A stretch of DNA of 64,000 bases from assembly GCA_001776545.1 (NCBI GenBank), contig MFBZ01000029.1, positions 11,988-75,987 of the forward strand, in the 5' to 3' direction. Of this stretch, positions 29,015 to 41,197 are shown one piece after another. The stretch comes from Candidatus Curtissbacteria bacterium RIFCSPLOWO2_12_FULL_41_16 (GTDB lineage Bacteria > Patescibacteriota > Microgenomatia > Curtissbacterales > GWA2-41-24). The first letter of the stretch is position 1. The number at the start of each line of letters is the position of its first letter. Made by a program: the position numbers and the translations under genes. Below the pieces are notes generated by a model. The model made no database searches, was not told the origin of the DNA, and saw only the letters and a program-made list of their open reading frames with translations.

Positions 29015-29518
29015 TTATGGCGTACAGGAACCTTGTGTAATTTCTTTAGCCTTGCCTGTTGTTGATTGCCAACAGAATAGGAAAGTACCAGTACCTGAAG
29101 TTGGATCCTCCAGCGTGGCGTAAACTGACGCTTCTGTGGCGCTGCCACTCGTGTTGTAGCAATAACCATCTGCTGTTGGTCCGTTAGGAACTTGCTTAAC
29201 ATCACCGCTACCCGTCAAAGTCGTAAAACCGCCAACGGCAGTTCCGCAACCAGACCCCGTTGTTGGAAAATTCCCTTGTCCTGGAGTTGTGTAATATGCC
29301 TGAAGTGCCGTTGCCAACTGTCCAATGTCGCTTTTTCGGGCGGCATCTCTTGCCTGTCTTTGACGCTTTCCAGGATTCACCGCCACTAGAACCGCGGCCG
29401 CTAAAATCCCTAAAATTGCAATAACAATAAGAAGCTCGATTAAGGTAAAACCTCTAAATAAGCGGGCTTCTTTTCTCACTGTACTCGAAAATAATTTCTT
29501 TCGGGCAGTTACAATCAT
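29015..29518 (-). CDS. probable major type IV pilin
   Basis: RG|[20 protein letters not shown]...ARDAARKSD; own promoter, strong SD and terminator; Ser/Thr/Gly-rich, 4 Cys. Confidence 0.9.
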   Translation of the reverse strand: MIVTARKKLFSSTVRKEARLFRGFTLIELLIVIAILGILAAAVLVAVNPGKRQRQARDAARKSDIGQLATALQAYYTTPGQGNFPTTGSGCGTAVGGFTTLTGSGDVKQVPNGPTADGYCYNTSGSATEASVYATLEDPTSGTGTFLFCWQSTTGKAKEITQGSCTP

Positions 29519-29577
29519 TAAACTTATCTCACCCCCTTTTCAGGGATAAACTCTAAAAATATTCCCTACTAAAATTA

Positions 29578-29607
29578 AGTATCGAGTATTTGTTTTACGG
29601 TTGTCAA
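29578..29607 (-). promoter_or_regulatory. sigma70-like promoter of the major pilin
   Basis: TTGACA-18-GATACT on the minus strand; SD AAGGGGGTGA downstream. Confidence 0.6.
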
Positions 29608-29743
29608 GGGGCAAGGAAACTCCGGCTAAAATCTGCTTTATCAGCTAAAATCAGGAGACAACTTCTCACTTCCAAATCAAAACTGACTCGTTAAATTTAG
29701 CCCCGCAGCGGAGCGAGGAGCGCAAGCTTACTTCCTTAAGTTA

Positions 29744-30952
29744 CTAAAATTGAGACGTAAGATTATATATTGGCAAAATAATCGAAATAACCAAAATGCC
29801 AACCCCTAAACCCAGAACAACCAAAATCACTGGTTCCAATGCTGTTGTCAGATTACGGATTGAATTTTCGCTTTCTGCTTCGAAATAAACAGAGAGTCGT
29901 CCTAAAACCTCGTCCATTTTGCCGGTTTCTTCCCCGACTCTAACCATCTGTCCGATAATCGGCGGGAAATCTGGATTCGCTGTCAATGGCTGATAAAGCG
30001 GTGATCCGCGTTCTACCCGCCCGATTGCAAACTCAATCCCTTCACGATATGAAGGACTAGCCAAAATATCGGCAACGACCTTGAGAGCGACGATAATTGG
30101 AATCCCGGTACCAATCAAAAGCCCTAGAGTCCTGGTAAATTGCGACAAAATAAGGCCTTTTCTGATTTTTCCCCAAATAGGCAAAATTAAAACAACCCTG
30201 GAAAGAAGTTGAGACCCGCGCTCGGTCTTTGCAAAAACTCTAAAAGCGTAAACGAATCCGAAAATCAAAAGAAGCAGTAACCACCAAAAACCGCGCATAA
30301 AGTTTGAGACCGCGACCAGAATTTTGGTTGGTAAGGGCAGCTCCGCTCCAATTTCCGTATACAAACTGGTTAATTTCGGAATCACAAAAATCATCATTAT
30401 GGTAACAACCAAAACCATCACCACCACCACAATTGCCGGATAAATAAAAGCTCCTCGGGTTTTTGCCTTAAACTCTCTTTCTTTTTCTAAAGACTCCGCG
30501 AGTTTATTAAGAACCTTATCCAAAACTCCACCGGTTTCTCCGGCCTCAACCAGCTTAATATAAATGACGTCAAAAATCTTAGGGTGGCGGCCAAGTGCCG
30601 CAGAAAGGGAGGTTCCTCCCTCGACGTCAGCCACAATTTCTGAAATTACATGGGCGAAGTTTTGATTTTTTGTTTGTTTTTCTAAAATAACTAAAGCATC
30701 GGTCAGTGGCAAACCTGCCGAAATCATTGTCGAAAGTTGCCTGGTAAAACCGAGGGTCTCAGATGAAGAAACGCCGGAGCTTGGCAAAAAAGTTCGTATC
30801 ACAGAACGGCTGGTGTTGCGTTTTCTAATTTCAACAGGAACCAAACCCTGGCCTTGCAGTGTTGTCACCAAAGCCTTTTCGTCAAGGGACTCAACATCGC
30901 CTATGAATTTTTTCCCGGTTAAATCTTTGGCAACATAGTGATAAAGAGACAT
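29744..30952 (-). CDS. pilC: type IV pilus platform protein PilC
   Basis: FTRQLSTMISAGLPL, AGETGGVL, YPAIV, VGEETGKMD, LEPV, LPIY. Confidence 0.95.
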   Translation of the reverse strand: MSLYHYVAKDLTGKKFIGDVESLDEKALVTTLQGQGLVPVEIRKRNTSRSVIRTFLPSSGVSSSETLGFTRQLSTMISAGLPLTDALVILEKQTKNQNFAHVISEIVADVEGGTSLSAALGRHPKIFDVIYIKLVEAGETGGVLDKVLNKLAESLEKEREFKAKTRGAFIYPAIVVVVMVLVVTIMMIFVIPKLTSLYTEIGAELPLPTKILVAVSNFMRGFWWLLLLLIFGFVYAFRVFAKTERGSQLLSRVVLILPIWGKIRKGLILSQFTRTLGLLIGTGIPIIVALKVVADILASPSYREGIEFAIGRVERGSPLYQPLTANPDFPPIIGQMVRVGEETGKMDEVLGRLSVYFEAESENSIRNLTTALEPVILVVLGLGVGILVISIILPIYNLTSQF

Positions 30953-30967
30953 AAAGAGACACTTTGA

Positions 30968-32029
30968 CTAACTACTGTTGTTCCCCACCAACCGATCCAG
31001 TTCCTCAGGCCTCATACTGTAAGTCTTGGCAATATCCAAGGATATTCGTCCGGCACGCACTAAATAGGCAAGCGACGCATCCAAAAGAATCATCCCTGCC
31101 TCGCCCGATGTTTGAATAATATTATCGATTTGATGGGTTTTACCTTCACGAATTGCCGTCTGAACAGCTCCCGAAGAAAGAAGAATCTCGCAAACCGGAA
31201 GCCTGCCCCCGCCGATTGCCGGAACGAGTCTTATGGAAATAATTCCGGCAATTGTCGCAGCCAACTGCAATCGAACCTGCATCTGTTGATTTTCAGGAAA
31301 AACATCAATTATTCGGTCAATTGATTGCGCGGCCGAATTCGTGTGCAGTGTCGCAAAAACCAAATGGCCTGTTTCGGCAACCGTAATTGCCGAAGCGATC
31401 GTTTCAAAATCACGCATCTCACCGACCAAAACAACATCCGGATCCTCTCTTAGCGCTGAACGTAGTGACATCTCCCAGGAATGAGTGTCCAAATGCATCT
31501 CCCTCTGGGAAATCAAGGATTTTCCCTTCGGATAGACATACTCGATAGGATCTTCAATCGTCACAATGTGCACAGCACGCGTTAAATTAATTTCATTAGT
31601 CATCGAGGCAATAGTCGTTGACTTTCCATGACCTGTCGGGCCGGTCACTAAAATAAAACCCTGCCTTAACTTTGCAAAATTGTGGCAAATCTTGGGTAAG
31701 TTTAATTCCTCTATTGTTTTAATATAAGAGGGGATCAGTCTTAAAGCTGCCGAAAGATATCCTTTCTGAAAATAAGCGTTTACCCGAAAACGGGCTACGT
31801 CTCCCAGGGCAAACGAAAGGTCAAGCTCCTTATTGACTATAAGAATCTCTCTTTGCTCGGCCGATAAAAGTTCAAAGACCAAACTTTCCGTTTCCTCGGG
31901 CGTCAAAGGTGCGGATGTTATAGGCATCAGTTGTCCGTCAGAGCGCATCATCGGCGGTGATCCGGCAATTAAATGCAAGTCCGAGGCTTCCCTTCTAATA
32001 ACAATTTCTAAAAATTCCTGTATAGACAT
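30968..32029 (-). CDS. pilT: retraction ATPase PilT
   Basis: ASDLHL, GPTGHGKSTT, TIEDPIE, LREDPDVVLVGEMRD, AIREGKTHQ. Confidence 0.96.
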   Translation of the reverse strand: MSIQEFLEIVIRREASDLHLIAGSPPMMRSDGQLMPITSAPLTPEETESLVFELLSAEQREILIVNKELDLSFALGDVARFRVNAYFQKGYLSAALRLIPSYIKTIEELNLPKICHNFAKLRQGFILVTGPTGHGKSTTIASMTNEINLTRAVHIVTIEDPIEYVYPKGKSLISQREMHLDTHSWEMSLRSALREDPDVVLVGEMRDFETIASAITVAETGHLVFATLHTNSAAQSIDRIIDVFPENQQMQVRLQLAATIAGIISIRLVPAIGGGRLPVCEILLSSGAVQTAIREGKTHQIDNIIQTSGEAGMILLDASLAYLVRAGRISLDIAKTYSMRPEELDRLVGNNSS

Positions 32030-32068
32030 TATAAATTTGAAATTTTCAATTTCAAATTGAAAATTATT

Positions 32069-33820
32069 TTACTCTTCCGCTACTCTCAATACTTCCTCAA
32101 TCGTTGTTATTCCTTCAATAACCTTCATAAAACCGTCTTGTTTCATCGTAATCATTCCCTCTGAAACTGCCTGATTTTCAACAGCCTGGGATGTTTCATG
32201 TGCCAGGATCATCTTGGCAATTTTCTCCGAAACGACCAAAACTTCAAAAATACCGATTCTTCCCAAGTAACCTGTGTTGTTACATTCTTTACAGCCGTGT
32301 CCGGCAAAAAATGTTATTTTCCCGTCTTTTTCAAAATTATAGAGTTTCCCCAAACTCTTCTTCATAGATTCCAGAATGTCGCCGGTTACAGTCTTAATAC
32401 CTTTACAGGTTGGACAAATTTTACGGACGACCCGTTGCCCGACCACACAGGTAACGGTTGAGGCAATAAGGTAAGGTTCGGCCTGCATATCTAAAAGTCT
32501 CGGCAGAGCGCCTGCTGCATTATTAGTATGCAGTGTCGAAAAAACCAAATGTCCTGTTAGAGATGCCTGGATTGCCAACTCCGTTGTTTCCGTATCCCGA
32601 ATCTCGCCTACCATAATAATATTTGGGTCCTGTCGTAGGAACGATCTTAATCCTGAAGCAAAAGTTAAGCCGGCTTGGGAATTAACCTGAACCTGGTTAA
32701 CCCCTGCGATTTGATACTCGATTGGATCCTCCAAAGTCATAATGTTGACTCTTGTAGAATTTAACTTTGAAAGGACAGAATAGAGCGTAGTCGTTTTTCC
32801 GGAACCTGTAGGTCCGCAGACCAAAATAATTCCATGCGGCCTGGCGATATTTTCATCCAAATGCCGCAAAGCCATTCCCCGAAGCCCAAGCTCTGGCAAC
32901 GTCGGCACTCCACCGCTCTTTTTAAGAAGCCTCATGACCACCTTTTCCCCAAAGGCAGTCGGCATTGTCGAAAGCCTTAGGTCAATTTCCTCTTTGCCTA
33001 TTTTAAAGTTAAACCTTGCATCCTGAGGTAAACGTTTTTCGTCGATTTTCATATTGCCCAAAATTTTTATCCTGGAAACAATCGCATCGTGAATCCTCCT
33101 TGGCAAAATCAGTTTTTCATGCAAAATCCCGTCAATTCGATAGCGGATCCTGGTTTCGTTTTCCAGAGGTTCTATATGAATATCGGAGGCCCTGACTTTA
33201 ATTCCGTATTCCAGAAGGGTTGAAACGATCCTGGCAACTGGTGCCTCTCCCAAAACACCGCTTACGCCCGCCAGGGGCGCAAACGGGGTCACAAAAGTCG
33301 GCGTTGCTTCCTTGAGTGCTTCACCGACCTCAACTGAAAGACCGCGGGTAAACTTCTCTGCGATTGCCCTGTTTATCGTTTGAGCGGTTGCAATGTAAGG
33401 TCTAACCACCAATCCGGATTTTTTCTCGACGAATTCTAAAACCTGCAAATCCAAGGGGTCAACCATTGCCACCGACAAAGTCTCGCCTTCTTTGGCAATA
33501 GGAATAACCGTAAATCTCTTGGCAACTTCTTCCGGTAAAAAGGCCAAGACTTCGGGGGAAATTGGCTGCTGACTGGGGTCAACATAGGGAACACCAATTA
33601 CCTGGGCTTTGGCCGCTACAATTTGCTCCGGACTAACCCAACCCATCTGGGATAATACTTTTTCTGTCAGCTCTTGCCTTCTTTTCGCCTCGCTCTTAAC
33701 AAAAGTCAACTGCTCGGGGGTCAAAAGCCCCCTGGAGAAAAGCACGTCTTCTACATAAATTGCTCGGTAACCGACATTTGCATTCTGTTGTATATTTATC
33801 TTTTGGGCAGTAACGTCCAT
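32069..33820 (-). CDS. pilB: extension ATPase PilB/GspE
   Basis: ASDIHIEP, GPTGSGKTTT, LRQDPNIIMVGEIRD, CxxC..CxxC; ATG at 33820. Confidence 0.95.
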   Translation of the reverse strand: MDVTAQKINIQQNANVGYRAIYVEDVLFSRGLLTPEQLTFVKSEAKRRQELTEKVLSQMGWVSPEQIVAAKAQVIGVPYVDPSQQPISPEVLAFLPEEVAKRFTVIPIAKEGETLSVAMVDPLDLQVLEFVEKKSGLVVRPYIATAQTINRAIAEKFTRGLSVEVGEALKEATPTFVTPFAPLAGVSGVLGEAPVARIVSTLLEYGIKVRASDIHIEPLENETRIRYRIDGILHEKLILPRRIHDAIVSRIKILGNMKIDEKRLPQDARFNFKIGKEEIDLRLSTMPTAFGEKVVMRLLKKSGGVPTLPELGLRGMALRHLDENIARPHGIILVCGPTGSGKTTTLYSVLSKLNSTRVNIMTLEDPIEYQIAGVNQVQVNSQAGLTFASGLRSFLRQDPNIIMVGEIRDTETTELAIQASLTGHLVFSTLHTNNAAGALPRLLDMQAEPYLIASTVTCVVGQRVVRKICPTCKGIKTVTGDILESMKKSLGKLYNFEKDGKITFFAGHGCKECNNTGYLGRIGIFEVLVVSEKIAKMILAHETSQAVENQAVSEGMITMKQDGFMKVIEGITTIEEVLRVAEE

Positions 33821-33891
33821 ACTTTGATCATAACAAATAGTCAAGATAAATTGAAAATAGGGAAACATTGCTATATTGTTACATTGTTAAA

Positions 33892-34623
33892 ATGGAAAAA
33901 AAGAACAATAAAACAATGAAACAAGAAAACAACAGGTCAGTTACCAGATTTCAAAGCTACCTTGTCACTGGCCCGGAAGACTCGAGGCGCAAACAAACTC
34001 AATCTCTTGCCAAAACACTCGGCATAGATCTTACCAGGGTCTCCCTGGACATTTTTTTCATCTCTCCACAAAAAAGTTCTGTCACCATAGACCAGATTCG
34101 TGATCTCAAAAATCATATCTTCCAAAAACCTCTAAAATTAAACTACAAATTCATTCTAATTGAAAAAGCGCATAAATTAACTCATGAAGCCCAAAACGCT
34201 CTTTTAAAAATCCTCGAGGAACCACCAAGCCACGCCATCATTGTTTTGGAGGCCAAAGACAAATCCCAACTTTTACCGACAATCCAATCCCGAATTGTCA
34301 TCAAACAAGCTCGCCCGACAGATCAACCCTTTGAGACTAAGCGTATCAAAGAATCTAATCTTTTGACTGAAAAAAACATTGTTAAGCTTTTAGAAAAAAT
34401 CCCCGTAATCGACAATCCCATCCAGTGGCTCGATGATCAAATCATCCTACTACATAAAATGCTCAAGAAAAAAATCAGCGCTAATCAGCCTGCTATTTCA
34501 CCAGCAAAAATCAGCGATCTTATCGAGAAATGCGCCAAAACCAAACAAATGATTGAGGCAAACGTCAACCCCCGCTTTGCCCTCGCCAACCTAATCTTCT
34601 CCATATCATTAACCTCTAAATAG
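33892..34623 (+). CDS. holB: DNA polymerase III delta-prime-like subunit
   Basis: TIDQIRDL, AQNALLKILEEPP, LLPTIQSR; start 33892 or 33916. Confidence 0.8.
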   Translation: MEKKNNKTMKQENNRSVTRFQSYLVTGPEDSRRKQTQSLAKTLGIDLTRVSLDIFFISPQKSSVTIDQIRDLKNHIFQKPLKLNYKFILIEKAHKLTHEAQNALLKILEEPPSHAIIVLEAKDKSQLLPTIQSRIVIKQARPTDQPFETKRIKESNLLTEKNIVKLLEKIPVIDNPIQWLDDQIILLHKMLKKKISANQPAISPAKISDLIEKCAKTKQMIEANVNPRFALANLIFSISLTSK

Positions 34624-34631
34624 CCACAAAT

Positions 34632-34684
34632 CCGCACGTGTCAACATAACCCACCCCAAGGGTGGATTAGCTTTACACACGCGG
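34632..34684 (-). repeat. family A REP-like palindrome, left flank of RAYT
   Basis: 34652-34684 is an inverted repeat (31/33) of 35356-35388. Confidence 0.9.
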
Positions 34685-34706
34685 GGTTACATGTTTTAAT
34701 AAATCT

Positions 34707-35354
34707 ATGCCTTCAAGAATTATCCCTTTTGTCAACAATCAGTTCTATCATGTTTTTAATAGAGGAGTAGCCCAAATGCCCACCTTTAATGATAGATGGG
34801 ATTACAAAAGATTCATCAAGACATTCATCTATTATCAGATTCAAGGACCAAAACCAAAATTTTCCATTTTTAGCCCTGAGAATCATAATTTGGATACCAC
34901 TAAAAGGATTATTGAAATCATTTGCTATTGCCTGATGCCTAACCACTTTCACTTCCTCCTGCAACAAAAAGTTGATGGTGGAATCACAGATTTTGTCAGC
35001 AAAATAAGCAACAGCTATACCAAATACTTTAATACGAAAAACCAGAGGATCGGACCATTATTACAAGGGGAGTTTAAATCGGTTTATATTGAAACTAACG
35101 AACAACTCATCCATGTATCAAGATATATTCATCTAAATCCGCTAGTCTCATTCCTGACAGATAATTTAGAAACTTATCAGTGGTCTTCTTATTTGGAATA
35201 CTTGAAAGAGGTTAAAAATAACACTTGTTCGAAAGGGATTATCCTTGACCAATTTAAATCTCCGCAAGATTACAAGCAATTCGTCCTAGACCAAGAAAAC
35301 TACGGAAAAAAACTAGAGATGATCAAACACCAGCTGCTTGATTTACCAGCCTGA
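34707..35354 (+). mobile_element. REP-associated tyrosine transposase (RAYT, IS200-like Y1 HUH)
   Basis: YHVFNRG, YCLMPNHFH (HUH), YIHLNP (catalytic Tyr), YQWSSY; flanked by inverted palindromes. Confidence 0.9.
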
Positions 35355-35355
35355 T

Positions 35356-35388
35356 CCGCAGGTGTAAAGCTAATCCACCCTTGGGGTG
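35356..35388 (+). repeat. family A REP-like palindrome, right flank of RAYT
   Basis: CCGCAGGTGTAAAGCTAATCCACCCTTGGGGTG begins 2 nt after the stop. Confidence 0.9.
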
Positions 35389-35558
35389 TCTCCACTTTTA
35401 AACTCTTTTATAATCCACGCCTCTCTTAACCCCAAAATAAGAAGGCTTGTTTTATTCGCTTCGCTCTCAAAATAGCTTGCTTTTGAAGCTAAAAATCTGT
35501 TAAAATTGACAGAGTGATTGCTCTTCTGTAACACTGGATTCTAACCAAATTCCTATGA

Positions 35559-37532
<1,974 letters not shown>

Positions 37533-37542
37533 CCAAACTATC

Positions 37543-38109
37543 ATGGATCCAACACCTGAAATTCAAGAACTAGACAAAGAAATCATTAAAGCCCAATTTC
37601 AAGCTTGGATGAAAGAATTAAAAATAAAGGGCGAGAAATTTTCTAATGGTTCACAATCCTTAGAACTCGCTTTTGATAGGAGTGATGATCCCGAATCAAA
37701 ATTCAACGAAGAAACAGTCCTTCTTCAACAACCTAGACCGGAAGAACTACCAGAAATACCAAGAATCAATGGCGAACAATGGTTAGGAATTACCATTGTA
37801 CCGAAAAACCCATACAACTCAAGAGTCGGTTTGATGAAAGGAGTCCATAGCATTGGCCTTAGCCCAAGCTTGAAGGGTGATGCTGCTGAAGCTCTTATTG
37901 TCTTTTTATCTAACTCTGGAAGAGATTATCAAAAAACAGTCTGGCGCCCAATTCGCAGACAATCACTAAGAGAAGAACCAGAACGGCGAGAAACTTTAGA
38001 TTTCGCCACATTTAATCAAGAACTTGAACCACTCCAACCTTTAAGTGGCCAAACCTTAGAAAGATTGAATTTTTTGTATAACCTAGCATTTAGGGGTTCA
38101 ACCACTTAA
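37543..38109 (+). CDS. hypothetical protein between gyrB and gyrA
   Basis: Open 188-codon frame, no recognised motif. Confidence 0.6.
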   Translation: MDPTPEIQELDKEIIKAQFQAWMKELKIKGEKFSNGSQSLELAFDRSDDPESKFNEETVLLQQPRPEELPEIPRINGEQWLGITIVPKNPYNSRVGLMKGVHSIGLSPSLKGDAAEALIVFLSNSGRDYQKTVWRPIRRQSLREEPERRETLDFATFNQELEPLQPLSGQTLERLNFLYNLAFRGSTT

Positions 38110-38151
38110 AAGGGTTAATATAAATCAGCCCTTTAGGTCAAAAAAAAATTC

Positions 38152-38415
38152 ATGAATAATCAACAGAAAACAATAACCGAAGAAACAGCCAAAAGACTAT
38201 CGGAGACTTTGCAACTTGCCAAAAAACCTGTTTACCACATCCGCAATAGTCAAATTGCGGCAGGCGTCACCGGCTCGATCGGTCTAATAATTTTTGCTCT
38301 GGGAGTCGAGAATCTCATGACAAACGTTCTTAAAATCTCTTCTCCATATGTTGAAATCATGCTCGGATTAATATTGCTTTCCATCTCGGGACTATTTTTA
38401 AAGAAGCTCTTGTAA
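38152..38415 (+). CDS. small two-TM membrane protein
   Basis: Two hydrophobic helices, co-oriented. Confidence 0.7.
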   Translation: MNNQQKTITEETAKRLSETLQLAKKPVYHIRNSQIAAGVTGSIGLIIFALGVENLMTNVLKISSPYVEIMLGLILLSISGLFLKKLL

Positions 38416-38488
38416 CCAGGGCAGCTTCTCGAAGGCGGGAACTTCCGCAATTTTTTAATTTTGAACTTTTAATTTTAAATTAACCATC

Positions 38489-41098
38489 ATGGCCGACATC
38501 GGAAAAATACAGCCCGTCGAGATAATTGACGAAATGCAGCGTAGTTATTTGGACTACGCCATGTCCGTCATTGTTGCCCGCGCCCTCCCCGACGTCCGCG
38601 ACGGCCTTAAGCCTGTCCACCGCCGAATTATCTATGCCATGCAAAGAATGGGCATCACCCACGCTGCCCACTACAGCAAAAGCGCTAAAGTCGTCGGAGA
38701 AGTACTCGGAAAATACCATCCTCATGGAGATGCTCCCGTTTATGAGGCGCTGGTTAGGATGGCTCAGGATTTTGCCATGCGTTATCCGCTAATCGACGGT
38801 CAGGGTAACTTTGGTTCAGTCGATGGTGATGCTCCGGCTGCCATGCGCTATACAGAGGTGCGCTTGAGTACAATTACCGAAACTCTACTATACGACCTCG
38901 ACAAGGATACGGTCAATTTTGTCGATAACTTTGACGGCAGCCTCAAGGAACCGGTTTTCTTACCATCGGTCCTGCCAAATCTTCTAACAAGCGGTGCTTC
39001 CGGCATCGCCGTTGGCATGGCTACCAACATTCCGCCTCATAATCTGAAAGAAGTAATCGATGCCACAATTTATTTAATCGACAATCCCCAAGCCTCAGTT
39101 GAAGATCTAATGCAGCATGTCAAAGGCCCTGATTTTCCAACTGGTGCGCAAATCTTTGATATTGACGAAATCACGGCCAGCTACGCCACCGGCCGCGGCA
39201 AAATTATTATGCGCGCCAAAGCGGATATCGAAGAGGGCAAAAGCGGCAAGTTCCAAATCATCGTCACAGAAATTCCTTATCAGGTTAATAAAGCCAGCCT
39301 TATCACCAGAATCGCCGAACTGGTTAAGGATAAAAAAATAGAGGGAATCTCCGATCTGCGCGACGAATCAGACCGTAAGGGACTGCGTGTTGTCGTCGAA
39401 CTTAAACGGGACGCCCGCCCCAAAGCAGTTCTTAACAATCTTTACAAGCATACCAGCTTGCAGCAATCATTCCCGGTTAATATGGTCGCTTTAGTCGAGG
39501 GAACACCCCAAACACTCACTCTCAAAATGATCTTGGAAGAATTTATTAGCCACCGCCGGAAAGTCATAACCCGCAGAAGCCAGTTTGAACTGGACGAGGC
39601 CAAACGCCATGCCCATATTTTAGAAGGTCTTAAAATTGCCGTTGACAACATCGACGCAGTTATCGCAACCATTAAGAAAAGCCGGGACACCCAAGATGCC
39701 AAAATCAATTTGATGCGCCAGTTCAAACTTACCGAAGTCCAGTCGCAAGCGATTTTGGACATGCAACTTAAAAGACTGGCTGCTCTTGAGCGTCAAAAAA
39801 TTGAAGAAGAACTAACAATGACACAAGAGGAAATTGCTTATCTTGAAGATTTGCTTGCCCACTCCGAAAAAATCATGTCAGTTGCCAAAAATGAGCTTGT
39901 CCGCCTTAAAGAACGTTTCGGTGATGACAGGAGAACAAAGGTTTTTAAACAAAAAATAGGCGAATTCAAAGAAGAAGACCTCATCCCCAACACACCCGCA
40001 ATTGTCACTATCACGGTCGGCGGCTACGTTAAAAGACAAGACATCGGATCATTCCGCACTCAACGAAGGGGAGGTAAGGGTATTACCGGCATCACCACCA
40101 AAGAAGAAGATACGGTAAGTCAGCTTTTTGCCACCCAAACACACGACAACCTGCTTTTCTTTACAAACAAAGGCCGTGTTTTCCAGCTCAAAGTTTACGA
40201 CCTGCCGGATTCATCACGTGTCGGAAAAGGTGTAGCGATTGTCAATCTTTTAGATTTGCAACAAGACGAAAAAGTCCTTTCCATACTCCCGATTAAAAAG
40301 CAGCAGGCGAAAGATAAAAACGGTTTTGTGATTATGGCTACCAAAAACGGAGTTATTAAAAAAACCGCAACTGGCGCCTATGAAGCAATCAGAAGATCCG
40401 GGATTATCGCCATTAAACTTACCGATGGCGACCAACTGCGTTGGGCTAAGTTAACCGGTGGCCATGACCTCGTTTTTCTTGTCTCCAGACGAGGCATGTC
40501 GATAAAATTTGACGAAAAAGATGTCCGGCCAATGGCCCGCGATACTATGGGAGTTCGAGGTATCAAGATTAAACATGGCGATGAATTAATTGGCATGGAT
40601 GTCATAGGATCTGACAACGAAAAGGCCGATCTTCTGGTTGTCACCGAGAAAGGCATCGGTAAAAAAACTTCAATCTCCGCCTGGCCAAAACAACTCCGGG
40701 GCGGAGTCGGCGTAAAAGCTGCCAGTTTAGCCGATAAAACTGGTGATATTGTCACCGCTCAAATTCTAACCAAAGAAGACGAGGCATTAATTCTAACCTC
40801 TCAAAAAGGCCAGGTCATAAGAACCACCTTGCGTTCAATTCCCAGGTTAACCCGCGACACTCAAGGCGTCATTGTCATGCGGTTATCAGCGGGCGACAAA
40901 GTCGCAGCCGCCACCATTATTAAAAGAAGAAAAGAGGAAGAGAAAGATGCACCCGCCCCAAACACTGAAAAAGAAGATAGACCTAAGTCAGTGCAAAACA
41001 GAACTAAAACAGTAAAAGCAGTTGCTGCAAAAAAGCCCAAAATTGAAAAAACACCAAAACCTGAAAAGAAACTTGTGAAAAAATCCCAAAAAAGCTAG
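38489..41098 (+). CDS. gyrA: DNA gyrase subunit A
   Basis: [29 protein letters not shown], GyrA-box QRRGGKG, Lys-rich tail. Confidence 0.98.
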   Translation: MADIGKIQPVEIIDEMQRSYLDYAMSVIVARALPDVRDGLKPVHRRIIYAMQRMGITHAAHYSKSAKVVGEVLGKYHPHGDAPVYEALVRMAQDFAMRYPLIDGQGNFGSVDGDAPAAMRYTEVRLSTITETLLYDLDKDTVNFVDNFDGSLKEPVFLPSVLPNLLTSGASGIAVGMATNIPPHNLKEVIDATIYLIDNPQASVEDLMQHVKGPDFPTGAQIFDIDEITASYATGRGKIIMRAKADIEEGKSGKFQIIVTEIPYQVNKASLITRIAELVKDKKIEGISDLRDESDRKGLRVVVELKRDARPKAVLNNLYKHTSLQQSFPVNMVALVEGTPQTLTLKMILEEFISHRRKVITRRSQFELDEAKRHAHILEGLKIAVDNIDAVIATIKKSRDTQDAKINLMRQFKLTEVQSQAILDMQLKRLAALERQKIEEELTMTQEEIAYLEDLLAHSEKIMSVAKNELVRLKERFGDDRRTKVFKQKIGEFKEEDLIPNTPAIVTITVGGYVKRQDIGSFRTQRRGGKGITGITTKEEDTVSQLFATQTHDNLLFFTNKGRVFQLKVYDLPDSSRVGKGVAIVNLLDLQQDEKVLSILPIKKQQAKDKNGFVIMATKNGVIKKTATGAYEAIRRSGIIAIKLTDGDQLRWAKLTGGHDLVFLVSRRGMSIKFDEKDVRPMARDTMGVRGIKIKHGDELIGMDVIGSDNEKADLLVVTEKGIGKKTSISAWPKQLRGGVGVKAASLADKTGDIVTAQILTKEDEALILTSQKGQVIRTTLRSIPRLTRDTQGVIVMRLSAGDKVAAATIIKRRKEEEKDAPAPNTEKEDRPKSVQNRTKTVKAVAAKKPKIEKTPKPEKKLVKKSQKS

Positions 41099-41153
41099 AA
41101 TCTAATGTGAACGACTAAATGAAATTTAAATTGAATTTAAAATATTTATACTG

Positions 41154-41178
41154 GAAGCCCGTCAAGGGCTTCTTTTTT
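41154..41178 (+). terminator. intrinsic terminator between gyrA and carA
   Basis: GAAGCCC-gtcaa-GGGCTTC followed by T6. Confidence 0.8.
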
Positions 41179-41197
41179 AAAGTAGAAATTGAAAATT

